Positions 1 through 13,883 of a DNA stretch of 64,000 nucleotides are shown here, piece by piece (positions within the stretch are counted from its first letter, which is position 1; each line of letters begins with the position of its first letter). The notes under the pieces are model-generated. The model was not told where the DNA came from. It did no database searches and saw only the letters and a program-made list of their open reading frames with translations. Location of the stretch: positions 806,001-870,000 of the forward strand of contig JADEYG010000007.1 in the NCBI GenBank assembly GCA_016906335.1, written 5' to 3'. The translations under genes and the position numbers were made by a program. Origin of the DNA: Novakomyces olei. Taxonomy: Eukaryota.

Positions 1-2176
1 TTGTCACTGAACGGCTTTGCATCCGGCCACCTGTCGGCCATTACACTGAGCAGGGAAACACACCGAGTAATTTGTGGCATTATCCGGTGAATAACGTCAA
101 AAAGCCTCTCCTGATCCTGGCTCCAGAGGCAGTAAAGTAGAGTAATCCCAGCTCCATATATGTGGTGAAGCGTGTAGTAAGTATGCCTTAAATATCCATT
201 GGATTGCATTATTTGAAACAGGTTCAGCATCTCTGTTGCTGCGGAAACAACACGGAAGACTTCGTCGCTAGTTGTGCTCCCGTCAATTAAGGCATTTCTG
301 CAGAGTGTAAAAATCGTATTGTGATAAACGAGTCCCAGTGTGGAGTAAGGGTCCCCTCGCAGTAAGGAAACGTCCAAGTCTCGCGGCAATTCTGCCCAAA
401 CTTGATCTAATTCTCTAATAAAATGCTTGCGCTGTTCTCGTCTTTCCTCGATTCCACCGTCGGCCCTTTTACACAGAAAGCTCTTCACTAACCCCTGCCA
501 CCGGCGAAGCCTAATGGTTGCATTGAATATTTGAATAGCAACACTATCAACACTCGTATACTCTGGCAACCAAGGATCAGGCAGGCAAGCGTCAATCTCG
601 TCATCTGGGATCCGTGTTGGTCGACCCAGTAGGAAAGTATCACTGCGATCAAGCGCATAAATTGAATAAAAAAGCCGATTCCGTTGATCAACATCAAGTC
701 TTGACCAATGTAACCGGTCCCGGTGCAATGAGGCATCTCTATGTAAACCTTGCTGCATGGCAGTGTTGAGCGACATGCCCACTAGTCGCCAAAGGCTCTG
801 GCCGGATCGGCTTTGCAGGCTGTAAACGGCCAGTAAGAAAAGCGCCTGCACGCATAGAGTATCATCTCGTACAAGCACCGGGTCAATGTACCTCAGTGCC
901 GACATGTAAAAGGCTCGTGAACTGTACTTTGCATGGTAACTGAAATGTAAAGGCTCCATAAATTTAGCGCCAATGGCCCACACCATATAAACTTGGAACA
1001 AATCTTGTGCTTGAGCTCCGTTTCGGAGTGTTTGTACATTTGCTAGACGTTGAGCAAAAGCATGACGATCAAGTATGGGGTACTGCCAATGAATCCAGGC
1101 GAAAAAACTCTCTACCAGCTCTTCAGAGTGAGCAGGATTAGGGATAGGAGCCTCTTTTACCTGGCTTTTATATATACTATCATACATCCTGTACTCGGGC
1201 TGTGAATCAACTGGGAGGGGCACCTCCATCTGCAATGTCTTCCCAAGCACTCTCGCAAAAGTTAGGCCTGAAGACGAGCCCATGAAATGATGTTCGCTAG
1301 AGGCACTTAGAGCTAAAAGGCCAACACCTGACGCGATCTCGTCATACTCGTGCGAAGGCAGAACCATGCCCGAAGATTCGGCTGAAACTGATTCCGGTGA
1401 CTTTTCCGATAGACTTTGTCTGGAATCTAGTCGCTGTACTTGCCCAGGCTTTGATCCCGGGGCCGAGCCTGATATATGTCTTGATCCTAATTGAGACTCG
1501 TAAGTTTCATGTTTTGCCAGTTTGGATACTGGCTCTTCTGCACTTTCAGGCGCAGCTGTAGTTGGACCGTTTTCTTCTGCTCCTGTTCCTCCTGCAGCTG
1601 CCGCTGGAAGTGCAATAGAAAGCGACACTCCCGAGTCTGCAGCTGCAAAATGGTCCAGCACTAAATCCGGTCTGTATACATGCAACGATTTTTCCAGTAG
1701 AGCGACTCGTTCTTCCAGAGACTGAACGTATCCGCGCGGATAAAGCCGTTCCGAGTACGGATCTTCCATAACGCAGACCAAATTGGCCCTTCGGCACGCG
1801 GAGCAGCTGAACGTGGGTTAAACAAACCGTAAAGATAACGCATTTGTAATAAAGCAACATCCAACGAATTCAGGCGTAAAAAAAAGAATTGAAAACATTG
1901 GAGATGATTATCCATAATGACTTACGATGGTACTTCACCGTCGCACTATCGCGATAAAAAGCAAACGCATTAGTTACAATTAAACTTTAAGAGGCAATTG
2001 TTTTGCCTTTGGCGCTTCAATCTTTTGTACCTTGCAATCTCTTCTTTTCTCACCTCTATTTTGCTTTATTTTTATTTTTAATCATTTTACAACGCTCCTT
2101 CTCAACTCACTCTCTGTTTGCGCTGTTTGCAGCGCGTGCAAGCAACTGCCACGCGACGCGGCATCGGTGGCGGCAT
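1..2176 (-). CDS. Zn(II)2Cys6 fungal transcription factor (3' end runs off window)
   Basis: Manual splicing of exon 2176-2111, micro-exon 1945-1926 and exon 1806-<1 gives MPPPMPRRVAVACTRCKQRKQR/CDGEVPS/CSACRRANLVC, then YVQSLEERVALLE (coiled coil), HFMGSSSG, FFAWIHWQYPIL and AMQQGLHRD (fungal TF middle homology region). Missing from the ORF track because it has no stop inside the window. Confidence 0.9.
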
Positions 2177-4212
2177 AAAAGACGGCAATTTCTAATATTC
2201 CACAAAACCTCAGTCTTGATCCTTGAACGCTGTAAGAGTCTTTGCTGGCGGTCTCAAGATCAAAAAGTAAAATCGGCTCTGCTCAATTCTTTTGTGCCTT
2301 ACCACCGTACGGTTTCCATTTTGGGACACTCTTATCAGACGGTAGTATATATGTAAAAGGATATGGGAAACACGAGGGCAGCGAGTGATTTATGTATGGG
2401 ATTTGCTTAAAGCCAAACTTTGATAGATTTCCTGTTCACGAGGACTATGAGCACGCGTGTTATTTTACTTACTTGAGAGCCTGCACGATTTCTTACGCAC
2501 AAGCAGGTAATACGCTGGTGTGGAATAGATCGCTGGCGCTAATAAATATGTACAGTACATAAACGACACAGAGTTTGGATGAATGTAGCTTTTATTGGTG
2601 AGGCAGGCAGACTGCGCCGCCTTTCACCACCACGGCCACTTTGGAAGAGGACCGTTACTGTGGGAAAAAGGTGTCGGAACTTTCCGTATTGGAAATGTAT
2701 AGGTTTATAAAATACATCCATTAGATATCCATTGCAGTGCCATGCAAGCCCTGTGTTAGCATGGCTTATTTATCCTGTGGCCACGATGGAAAAGAAAAAG
2801 CTAAAACATACTAGTGCCTGACACGGACTGTACTAGAGAACGTTTTTCTTTTTTTCTTGCTGTCTGCCAATAGTATCCAAGCTAAATAACGCCTTTCGTT
2901 ATGATTACATTTCAGGGGATTGGCCCCTAATTTTCGCTAGCTGGGCGTCTGTAATTTAAAAAAATGCACGTAAAGATTGGTTGGATAAGAATGTCAAAAC
3001 GTAGATAAGAAGCTTTTAGTTTTAAACCTTTCCTCATAGGAATTATACATCTGCCACTTGACTGGCACATCATTTATATCCACTATTGGCTAAGTTTCAC
3101 TTTAGTATCGGATCTTGTCCATTGACCCGTTGCCGTTAGATTCAAGACCGATGCTATAGCCGAATTAACCGCAGCGGTTACTTTGGGCTAAGTATACTAT
3201 ACTACTCTACGGCTAACAAATAAATTATTATGTAACCAGTGTAAATTCTGAATAACATCATTAAAAATCCCACTTTGCTGAGCGGGTGGATTGAGCCTCA
3301 TAATAATAGATTGCGGCATTAGTTCTCGAGCATATTGCCAACAATGCCCATAATAGTGCAACCTTTCTTATCGGCCGCGAAGTAGGACCAATTGAGACGC
3401 CGTCGTGAGCCTCACGGGCTTTGAATGCAGAATGTAGACTGCTATATTGGAATATATTCCTGGGAAAAATAAAAGCAGTCTACCGGTATTGAGGGTTGAG
3501 GCGTATTATCGGTAATTAGAATGATTACCCTCTCCTTCTATAAACGGGCGCAAAGTCCGGAAGAACCAGTATGAATCTCAAAACAGGACATTGCCCTATA
3601 CTCGCACGCCCCTGCCCCCTATACCAATCGCATTAAATTTTCCACGAGACAAAAAATATAGCAAGCTTGCCCGTTGGAATTGCGTTATACCATGCCAACA
3701 CGCACCTCATTCCATTGGTGTATGGTAAAGATTCGGCAATATAGTTGTTTGATTGTGTGATTGCCCAACCGTCTACTTCAATATACGCGGCATTGGAAAA
3801 AAAAAACAAAGCTACGGAGTCTACTGGCCAACGGTAAAAGCCTACAATTGGTGAATTTGCTAATGCGTGCCAGTTGACTACATATATATATCTACTAAAT
3901 ATATAGCTGTCGTGATTTTAAATTTTTTAGCGCAATATATTGTGGCGAAACCAGGCGCTTTTGCTAAATGGTTACGGACCCCCGTTTTGTTTCCGTGCAC
4001 CCCGATCCCAAATACCTTGAGCCGAGCGACATAGACTATACAGCAAGTAAGCCTGCAGCAAGCTGACTTGCCAAAATATCCCACGGTGCTCGGTCTATTG
4101 TGTCGTCATCAGCGTATATAAAGCGTTTGGCCTTCTCCAGGTTTCCATACCTTCAAAGCTTCCAACCATTCAGTCCGATACTGTGTCGAGAAGAGCCGAG
4201 ACAAAGTACGCA

Positions 4213-5136
4213 ATGGCCACTGGACGATTTGCAACTCTTCGAAACGGTGTAACTATCCCACTCGTGGGCCTTGGAACGTGGCAGTCTGAGCCTGGCCAGG
4301 TAGCTGAGGCGGTCAAGATTGCTCTGCAAGTGGGGTACCGCCACATTGATGCGGCAGCCATCTATGGCAATGAGAAAGAAGTCGGGGAGGGAATCGTAAA
4401 CTCTGGTGTCCCTCGCAAGGACTTTTTCCTGACCTCCAAGCTCTGGAACAATTCCCACCGCCCTGATCGGGTCCTCCCGGCGCTTGAGCAGACTCTGTCT
4501 GACTTGGGAACAGACTACTTGGATCTCTACTTGATCCATTGGCCGTCGGCCTTCAAGGAGGGCGCTGAAAAAATGCCCAAGGGCCCAGACGGGAAAGTCA
4601 TACTCGACACGGGTGTAAAGCTCATTGATACCTGGCGCGCTATGCTAAAACTGCTTGATACTGGTAAAGTGAGAGCCGTCGGTGTTTCCAACTTTACTGC
4701 CTCACAGCTGAAAGAGATCACAGCGGAGGGGGACCCTGCACCTTTTGTTCAGCAGATTGAACTGCACCCATACTTGGCACAGCAAGACTTTGTCACCTTT
4801 CAGGAGTCAATGGGTATCCACGTAACCGCTTACTCGCCTTTTGCCAACCTGAACCCGCTGTACCAGAAGCCGGGAGAGCCCCGCCTCGTAGACAATGATG
4901 TCATCACGGAGGTTGGCAAAAAGTACAATGCTACGCCTTCTCAGGTGCTCGTTTCCTGGGCGGCCTCGCGCGGCACTTCAGTGGTTCCCAAGTCAGTGCA
5001 CCCGAAACGAATTGAAGAGAACTTTCATGATTTCGTTTTAGCGCCAGAGGATGTGGAGAAGATTACTGCGCTCGACAAAGGTCACCGATACAACGAGTCT
5101 GTGCCTGACTCTGATTATCCTTATTTCAAAGACTAG
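4213..5136 (+). CDS. Aldo-keto reductase (GCY1/YPR1-like, NADPH-dependent)
   Basis: Intronless ORF with IPLVGLGTW, GYRHIDAAAIYGNE (catalytic D/Y), TSKLWN, DLYLIHWP, GVSNF and VVPKS. TATA-like TATATAAA near 4115. Confidence 0.93.
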   Translation: MATGRFATLRNGVTIPLVGLGTWQSEPGQVAEAVKIALQVGYRHIDAAAIYGNEKEVGEGIVNSGVPRKDFFLTSKLWNNSHRPDRVLPALEQTLSDLGTDYLDLYLIHWPSAFKEGAEKMPKGPDGKVILDTGVKLIDTWRAMLKLLDTGKVRAVGVSNFTASQLKEITAEGDPAPFVQQIELHPYLAQQDFVTFQESMGIHVTAYSPFANLNPLYQKPGEPRLVDNDVITEVGKKYNATPSQVLVSWAASRGTSVVPKSVHPKRIEENFHDFVLAPEDVEKITALDKGHRYNESVPDSDYPYFKD

Positions 5137-5634
5137 AAAAGTGCCAGCGAGCGCTTGGCCCTATGAAAATATAAATTATAAAGTACAATTTAAAATTTAC
5201 TGTGAATATCCACTATGGCAAGGCAGGTTTATTGTAGTACACACTCTATTAAATACTCTCTATCCCAAGTATAGAATACACTATTCATATGCGAAAAAGC
5301 TGGCCACATTCCTGCCACGTCTATATTGCAATGAGCAAAATGTATCGGATAAACTACTGAGCAAAACGCTGTCTCATGTGCAAAATGCCAAAGCTGTGAA
5401 TTTATCCGGCCTGTCAAAGAATAGTAATGACGTAAAGTGCATGATTCAAAACAGTACAAGAAAAGTTTGAAACTAGACTTAAAATGATATATTCTATAGT
5501 CGAATAGGCAGGCACAAGGAGAAGAATCCGTACAATTCAACGTGTAATATAGAGTTGAAATTTACAAAGTAAAAAGTATTGGTAATAGGTAAATGAATAG
5601 GAAATGTATAAATCAATATCGATAATAGATTAAA

Positions 5635-8600
5635 TCACATGGTAAACCCACAAGACTCTCGCTCAAGATCGAGCAAACGACCATACTCCAGAAGCAATCG
5701 GAACAAGTATACTTGAGCATCCTCATACCGTAGAGCCCGATTAGACCAGTCTTGGCTCTGCCGAGCGATCCTTTGAGCCAGTAAATCGCCATTGCCATAG
5801 CCATCGGAATCAGCTTCGGCTTCTCCTGGCTGAGCCAAAAAGTAATCAACTAGCGTATAAAGCTCAGAATAATCGTTACTCAGAGGAATAAAATGAACCC
5901 AGGGCATCAGCCGCTCATCGTGCCACTCGTGAAACACCGTGTTTTTCATAGCAACCGAATTGCTGCGCAAAAACGCGTAAAAGCGTCCAGAAAACGCGTT
6001 TCCATCAAGATCTAAAAGTAACCGGTACCTCCAAAGCTCTTGGAAGGCAACGCCATTTTCTATCTGAAAGTATTCCGATTGTGCTGAACAGTCTTCCGCA
6101 TCACATTGGCCCACGTGCGAAAAATGGGTATCAAGCAGCCCACGCTGTCGATACTCGGCTGTTTCTGTTCGTTCTAGCAAAAATAACGTATTTCTAGTCT
6201 CATCCACATCACTTTGGCTTCTATTGATGTTTTCGTTACTCTGGCCGCTTTTCTTTTCATCATCTTTTTGGCCTTGATTTATATAATCTTCCTCCCTCCT
6301 TCGCAGTACAGCTTTACTCGGCCGTATAACAGGAGCGTGTTCAGCACGTTCAGCATAACGAACAAAACGCTGCCGTTGTTGTGTCTTCCAACCTCCCCCA
6401 CGCGAAAATCCGCCAGTTGTGCTCCCACGCCAAAAGAGCCGAGACTCCTTTGATTGCCAGGGCATGTCTCGACTCGAATCATAGCGAACAGCGTCCTTGC
6501 GAAAGTACCACGGCGAAGGGAACAATATATCTGAAAAAATCTCGCCTGGCTTGCTCTGTGAAAAGACAGGGATCGGATAGTGAGTACTGCTAAAGGCGTT
6601 TGGTCTTTGAAACATACCCAGCTTTGCACCAGCATCGGGCCAGTCACATATATTGTATGCATCGTCGTCAAAAACATTGTAATTGTAATAGTCATCGTCA
6701 TTATTTTGTATATTATTATCAATAGGCTTTTTGACACCTTTCCCCGAAACAAGGCCAAACCGATCGGTCCCAAAGCCGTCGAGCGTCCCGTGAAAAGCCT
6801 GATCTTCTAGCGCTGCAGCCACTTGTTCTTGAGAGGGAGAAATTGCAGATCTCGCCCGAGATTCAAGAGGACAGGCTTGCCGGTCATAGTCCCAGGGAAC
6901 TTCATGTGTTGCTCTCATAAACCTTTGATTGATTGCAGCCTCCTCGAGCGGGTACAGATCGGTATTCGAAACTGCATTCCACGCGTTTCGGTAATTGAAA
7001 TTACCCCTTCGTTGAGAGTAAGGCTCCATTACGCGTTCGCGTTGAACGCGTCCCGCTTTGTCATCATGCAAAAGAACGACTCGGGCTTCATCGTGCAGAT
7101 TTATTGCAATATCCATGTCGGGTAGAAACTCAACAAAGTCATTGATCATGGCGATGAACTCTTTCACTAGCCAGTCCTTATTATCATAAAGCTTTTCAAC
7201 ACGTCCATTACGGATTGCGACCCCGGCAATTAAATTACCAGGATTGGAAATTGCCTCCCGGACAAGTTGACGGAGACTTTGGGGATCAACTGACCAAAAA
7301 GGAGCCATATCGGTTTGTATTTTAGAGTACCCGTCCAATACAGAACTCGACCGGTCCTGGGCAAAAGCGTGCCATTTATCAAAATTGCAAGGCGGGGGCC
7401 TTGCATGTGTTTGGGTATAATAAGTATAAGAATCATGCAGGGAGCCCAACGATCGCCATTGAGACCATTGGGACTCTGCCTGCTCAGCCATTTTCATAAT
7501 CGGATGGCGAAGTAGTGTTTCTGTAGCCAGCGGATGGGCTGAATGCTGAGAGGAGGCACGGAGAGAGACTGTTAGTACGAAGCCAATTACTGAAGCTGCG
7601 ACAATAGTAATGCGTGATTTTCTTGGTGATTTTTGAAATTTAATAGAGGCTGCTTTTAGATTGCTTATTGCCGCCAAGGCAATTTGTGCAAGCGGCGAGA
7701 CTTTACTTGGTCCCCGTCCCGATTCAGGTTCGATTGCAATTCCTACGTCTTCAGTCTGCGAATAGCTTAAAGGCAAAGCATTGATGAGTGTAGAAAACAA
7801 ATGCAAAACGGTGACAGTAAAAGTAGTGAGCGAGCACCGATGAACCAGGGCAAAAGGGAAGATAGAACTCGTCAAAGCCAGAGCTGGGCCGGCTGTACTA
7901 TGGCCGGCAACAACAATATTCAGTAGAGCATAGTGATTAGCTACACACGAAAAGGCCACAAGTAAGAGCAAAAAAAACTCGGTAAAGGAGCCAGTGGGCC
8001 AAATTAATGAAGGCGTTAATGTCCCATCGTACACGGCAATGGCCAGACTAGTGACGCCACTGAGACCGCACCACAATGGAGCAGTTACTGCTAGATTGTA
8101 CTCTTCGTTTGCACAAACACAAAGGTACACCGGCACCAGCGCCACTACGAGCGAGGGAGCCAAGTGGAGAAAGACGGGTCGAATGATTGCCAGAGCCGCT
8201 AAAACAGAGACGATTTGGAGTACAACTTTACGAGATCGAGCAGCGTTCCAAGCGTACCAGACCAGAGCGAGCAGCGACTGCAGACGTGATTAGCATTGAT
8301 TCAAATAACGGATAATAATCCGTCCAAGGAAAACCTAAACTTGATTGAATAAAATAAAAGAATAAAATAAAACAAAAATAGACAAAGCAGTATCGATTAC
8401 CAACAGAGCAGAGTATTCGTCAAATGTTTGTACTCGCCGATCGAGAAATGAGGCCGCTGAATAGCCGGCAAAAAGTGCCCCATTGTATAGCTGAGAGCGT
8501 AGAGCAGGTGTCCAGTGCCAATTGTCAGCAGTAATTCGGCTTTCACGGCCTTTTGCCAAATGGAGCCCACCGAAACCCAACCATAAAAGCCCAAAAAGCG

Positions 8601-8691
8601 CAGTCCCACTATTGCGAGAAGTGAAGGTCTGTAAAATCTGTGCAACAATACCGAATCCCAAGTACGCGGACCAAAGTTTAACGATTTGCAT
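5635..8691 (-). CDS. Glycosyltransferase family 90 (CAP10/CXT1-like xylosyltransferase) with multi-TM N-terminus
   Basis: 842-aa ORF with RPPPCNFDKW, LPDMDIAINLHDE, LFWRGSTTGG, DLDGNAFSGRF and EWHDERLMPWVHFIP. Hydrophobic upstream exon (ORF 8335-8691) is probably joined via an intron ending GCTAATCACGTCTGCAG near 8279. Start codon uncertain. Confidence 0.85.
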
Positions 8692-9403
8692 GCCTTATTC
8701 ACCACGCGTCCATTCTCAAACGCGGCCTTGGTATTTGAGATGCTGGCCGTTGTTTCTGGTCAAAATTTCAGAGTATCTTGCAGGTGATTGCGGTAATGGT
8801 TTTACGGTCAAGTCCAAAAGAATACCAAATGATCCTGAAGCGACCCAATTCAAATTGGCAGCATTGACAAATTGCCCCTGATTCGTGCGCTTTATCTTTA
8901 GAATTTAAAATAATATTAAATATGATTAGGTACGTGCACTATAATCTACTTGGACTCCATACAAAAAGAGGTTTATATACTCTGATAATCTTATACGAGC
9001 GATCCATACAATATGGATACAAGAACTTGATAATACTAATAATAATATGCCAATAAATTTGCTAACATGCGTCGCTAATTACATTTAAATATGTTTGCAT
9101 TGCTCATACACAAAGGTACTTGATCCGCTGCTTCCACGCAGCTGCTCTTTATTAAACTCGAGACTTGCTAGGTCCACTGCCAGAATAAGTCCATACGTCA
9201 TATTGATATATTTCCTTGTTATAGCCAAGCGTAGGGCTCCCAATGTGCAGTGGACGACAGCCTTCCGTATTCGGTGTGACTTAATTCGTCCTCAAATGAC
9301 TTAATCGTGACTTGGCTATCTACATGTAATGGTCGGCAGTCTGGTAACGTTTTACGTGAATATATTTATCCTTGACCAAAACAAAGTGCGGTTTGAATCC
9401 ACA

Positions 9404-10772
9404 ATGGTTATCCAAGTGGAGCACGATTATCCGCAGACAATCCCCAACGGTCCACCAGGCACACCGGGCAATCTCGATGCGGAGCAGGTAAATTGCCGAT
9501 AATATGATTTTCATTCGAATTTTGGCTGACAAACAACCGTGGCAGGAGGCAAAACTGTTTCAGATCCGAGAAATGCTCAAGGCAGAGGGCTACACTGAGC
9601 GGCTCGATGATCCCAGTCTCGTATGTCTATTGAATTTAGATGTCTTGTATGCTCTAACGCTCTGGTATAGTTGCGGTTTCTGCGTGCACGAAAGTTTGAT
9701 GTGCCAAAGGCCAAAGAGATGTATACCAACTGCGAGAAATGGCGCAAGGATTTCAAAGTCGATGAGCTTATCGAGACATTTGACTATGAGGAAAAGCCCC
9801 TTGTCTCTCATTATTATCCGCAGTACTACCACAAGACGGACAAGGTACGCAATTCCCCACAAGTCTTCAATATCTTTTTTCTCTCTCTTTTTCTTTGATT
9901 CAGATTATTGTTTGATGAAATAAATATCAAGTTTGTTTATGTCGACAACTCTAACAAATCTAGGATGGCCGTCCCCTGTACATCGAGCAACTTGGAAAGA
10001 TCGATTTGCACAAAATGCTACAAATTACAACAATGGACCGTATGCTAAAGAATCTTGTCGTGGAGTATGAGAGATTCACGTTGTTCCGGCTGGTACGTTT
10101 TAATGGCATAATGCAAACCAAAAGCTGACTAGTTTGTCAAATAGCCCGCTTGCTCTCGCAAAGCAGGAAAACTGATAGAAACATCATGCACGATTATGGA
10201 CTTGAAGGGTGTGGGTTTGCGAAGTATGACTCAAGTCTATAGCTATGTGCAGCAGACGTCTGTCATCGGGCAAAACTATTACCCGGAGCGTATGGGTGAG
10301 TGGACACAGCCGGTCTTGGGCCGTACTCATTCTTTTACATATAAGCACCTGTGAAATACTATTGATTAACAATTTTTAATTCATGCTAACGCTTCTAGGC
10401 AAATTCTACCTGATCAATGCACCCTTTGGCTTTGCGCAGGCATGGAAGCTGGTAAAACCCCTTCTTGACCCGATCACTGTGTCAAAGATTTTCATTTTGT
10501 CCAGTCACTATCGCGATGAGCTGCTTAAGCAGGTCCCTATAGAGAATCTACCAAAGATTTTTGGCGGTCTTTCGGACGTAGAGAACGTGGAGCTGACTGA
10601 CATTGGACCTTGGTGTGAGCCTCAGTATCAAGGTGCAGAGCTAGAAATTGAACGGTCTATTGATGAAGCGAAGCAGGCCCGCAAGGAGGGCAAGTCGGCG
10701 CCTTCAGAAGGTGCAGAGGGTGATGCTAAACAAGACGATGCTAAAGATGCTACTGTAGCCGCCAAAGAATAA
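9404..10772 (+). CDS. SEC14: Phosphatidylinositol/phosphatidylcholine transfer protein
   Basis: Spliced exons give [69 protein letters not shown] and [12 protein letters not shown]; multiple GT-AG introns. Confidence 0.93.
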
Positions 10773-11121
10773 TACAGTAGCATAATATTTATCGGTTTAA
10801 CATAGGGATACAATTCAGAGTTGTTATTTACATTATTTTATGTATTTCTAATTTGATTTTCATCCATAGTTAGATGTATCGCTCGGATCGAGAGAATAAG
10901 GCATTTAATCCATGACTTAAAGTGATCGGGGACAATAATTTCTCCTGCAAAATGTTTATGTATGAATGGAAGCTGTCTACATTACCTTAATTTTTCTAAA
11001 TTAAATCTATATTTTTATTTATTTATGATAACAAATATATACGAAAAGCACTGTATCACACAGAAACGTGTACCTCACATTGACCGAACAAAAAAAAGAC
11101 TGTATAAAGATGACCGTGAAG

Positions 11122-13136
11122 CTAGTACATCCAGCGGTAGGCGATGTTTGATGGCCCATCCGCCAAAAGCCTTGTTGGGACAGACTTGAATGTATAGTCG
11201 ACCCCCATAATCCGGTTGCGTCGCCGGTTATCGTAAATCATAAACACCAAAATACCAGTGGCTATACATATACCAGCTGCTCCAAACAAAGAAGTGATAA
11301 TCAGAGCTGGACGGTAAGTTGGAGCATCGGCTTCCCGGAAAATGTTACTCGACACGAGACCCATCATATTGGCAATAGGAACACCGACAGCAGTGACAGA
11401 GGCGCGTTTCCCGTCAGACGGCGTATTGTTTGCGTACCAAGTAGAGGTGAGAACCGAACTGGCACTCGTTCCAGAGCACATGAGGAAAGTTGCAAAATAC
11501 GCGACTCCAGTATGCGTATCAACGTCAATTGCTCCAAAAACGATAAACCCTAGCATAGTACTGCACATGGCAGCTGCTGCCCAGACAGACCTTTTGCAAG
11601 TGTAATCTGAGGCTGTGCAATAGCAAATGAGACAGACCGCACCCACTATATTGGGAGCAACAGTCAAAAGGTTTGTGCGGACAGTCGTGCTGGCCAGGTT
11701 TTGAATGACCTGAGGCAGCCAATTATTGACAGAGTTTAGGGGTACGCCGATACACAATTCTTGTGCCATCCAGGCCCAGTAAACTGGATGCTTGAACACG
11801 AGAAGTGACTCACGGAAGCTCATGTTTTCGCCGATACGCGTGGACGCATCCTGCTCGATACGATGCTTTGCGAGCCTTCTCTCCTCCACCGTAAGGATGC
11901 GCGCTTTATCTGGAGACTGAGGCAGCACAAAACTATGGTTAGGGTTAGGGATTAATCATTAATTTGTGGGAAATGGTTTCATATCTTACAATGCGACAAG
12001 TGCGACACAGACAGTGCACCCGCCCTCGATCAGGAATAGATATTGCCACGGGTGCATTCCGCCAGACTCAATATGGAACACACCAAACGCGATAAGGCCA
12101 GAGAAGGCATTTGCGATATTTGCGGCAGCGTAGAAAAAGGCAAGACGCCTTGCAAGTTCTGTGCGACGATAAAAGTTGGTGAGGTAATAAATTACCTAAA
12201 ATTGTTATTAATGGAATTGAAATACAAAGCAGAATAGAATGAACAAAGAATTTGCTGTAATGGTTCAAAAGCAGCAAGAAATGCCCGCAATTGTACGAAA
12301 AAGTTTGAACTCAATTTGAAGGAAAATTATAGTCAAAAATCAGACGGCATACGCCAAAGGCTTTCAGCATTGGAAACTTACACTTGGGAAGAAGGCACTT
12401 TCAAACATGCCAAGAAACCAGCGGCAGGCCATAAGGCCACCCTGATAAGTTAGCGATTCAAAATTAGTCTTTTGCTAGAAGTGTACGGCTCAACTTTCAT
12501 GAAACCGCAGCACCTCACAATGCTGTAACTTACAAAGTTTTTGACAGCAGAGGTACACATGCACAAAATCCCAAATCCCAGCATGTATATCGGCAGAATG
12601 CGAGCGGCTCCATATTTCTTGGCGATAAAAGTAAAAGGGAGCGCGGCCAAGATGAATGGAATATAAAATATCTGATGTAATCAGTAACGCTCAATGTCTT
12701 GGACGTACACTAAGGATGATATTCCATTGATTGCCCACCAACCCAATATCGTGACTAAGTCGTTAGTAAAGCTTTACCTTTTGGGTGACTTACTGGAACC
12801 CGGCAGTCCTTGCATTGGAAATGTTGCTTCTATCCATAGAGCTGATTCACCGTTAGCCATTGTAAATGAATGTGTCACTATGGTTGACATAAAATTAAAA
12901 TCTTACTTGAAAAGGTACATGACTGCGAGCATTGGGAGAATAGTGAGATCCAGTTTCATGCACAGACGCCTTTCTGTCGCTTTGTCAAAAGAGATGAGTT
13001 CTTCCGACGAATCTCCCAGCTCCACCATCTCCCCCCTGTTTTCATTGACAAACGCATCCACAGATTTACCTTTTTGATCCATTTGACTTGTATTTGTGTC
13101 CGCCGTAACGTTGTTGGTAATCTCCGGCATGGCCAT
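11122..13136 (-). CDS. MFS transporter, allantoate permease (Dal5/anion:cation symporter) family
   Basis: Exon 1 has ERRLCMKLDLTILPMLAVMYLF, the next exon has SMDRSNISNA, plus multiple TM segments, LPQSPDKARILTVEER and a C-terminal DNRRRN...YRWMY. Several short introns. Confidence 0.88.
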
Positions 13137-13883
13137 GTTTGCCAATTAAAGATCTTACTAAGCTTATATTGTTAAATAACGGGCCGTATTGTCTGAACCC
13201 CAAAAGAAGACGCTAAAGATATTCACTTTGGGCTTTTGCAGGTACAGCGGACACTTGGCGATCAATTAGACTTTTATACAGCAGACGAAATTCTTGGCTT
13301 CCATTTGCACGTGACCTATATCGCTTAAGTTAAGCATGCTACTATGATTGGACAGATCGAATCGAGTAGTCACGTGACTAAAGTAGGAAACTTCCGATAA
13401 GCGAAAATTTAGGCGTAATGCTCCTTTCGATAGGTAATTCAAATAGACCTACGGCGAAGAGCGTTTTCCAGATACTAAGTAACTTTGGACCTTTTTACTG
13501 TACAAAGAGTCCCGTCTTTTTTTAGCGGCGCGCGAGTCCTGTCTCGGTACGATCGTATCTGGTTCCCATACTTTTGCAAGATTGGCCGCCATCCGGCTAC
13601 GAATATTGCTCTAGCGTGTCACGATACTTGAAATTTCAGCTTGAAGTTTCTTAATTTTCAAGTTGCAAACCGATTTTCAGTCTGTGATACACTGCGATTC
13701 TAAAGTATACATCCCACGTTAAATAAAAGTAAATTAGTCAGCAGCGGCCCCCACCACACTAATTATAATGGCCCCCACCTGCCAAGCAAGATAGCGGCTG
13801 GTAATATTAATACGGCGACGCTGTCTTCCACCCGTCGCGCCCTATCATCATTGCCAAGAAAGCAGCAGCAATTGGCAGGAGAC

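Noticed and set aside
2177-4212. Divergent Zn2Cys6 TF and aldo-keto reductase as a regulated pair
   Set aside because: No clear repeated CGG-spaced sites found in the 2-kb intergenic region; adjacency alone is insufficient.
11938-11950. TTAGGGTTAGGG telomere-like hexamers (similar at about 49658-49669)
   Set aside because: Only two units; the first is a duplicated CTAAC branch point in an MFS intron on the minus strand. Not an interstitial telomere.
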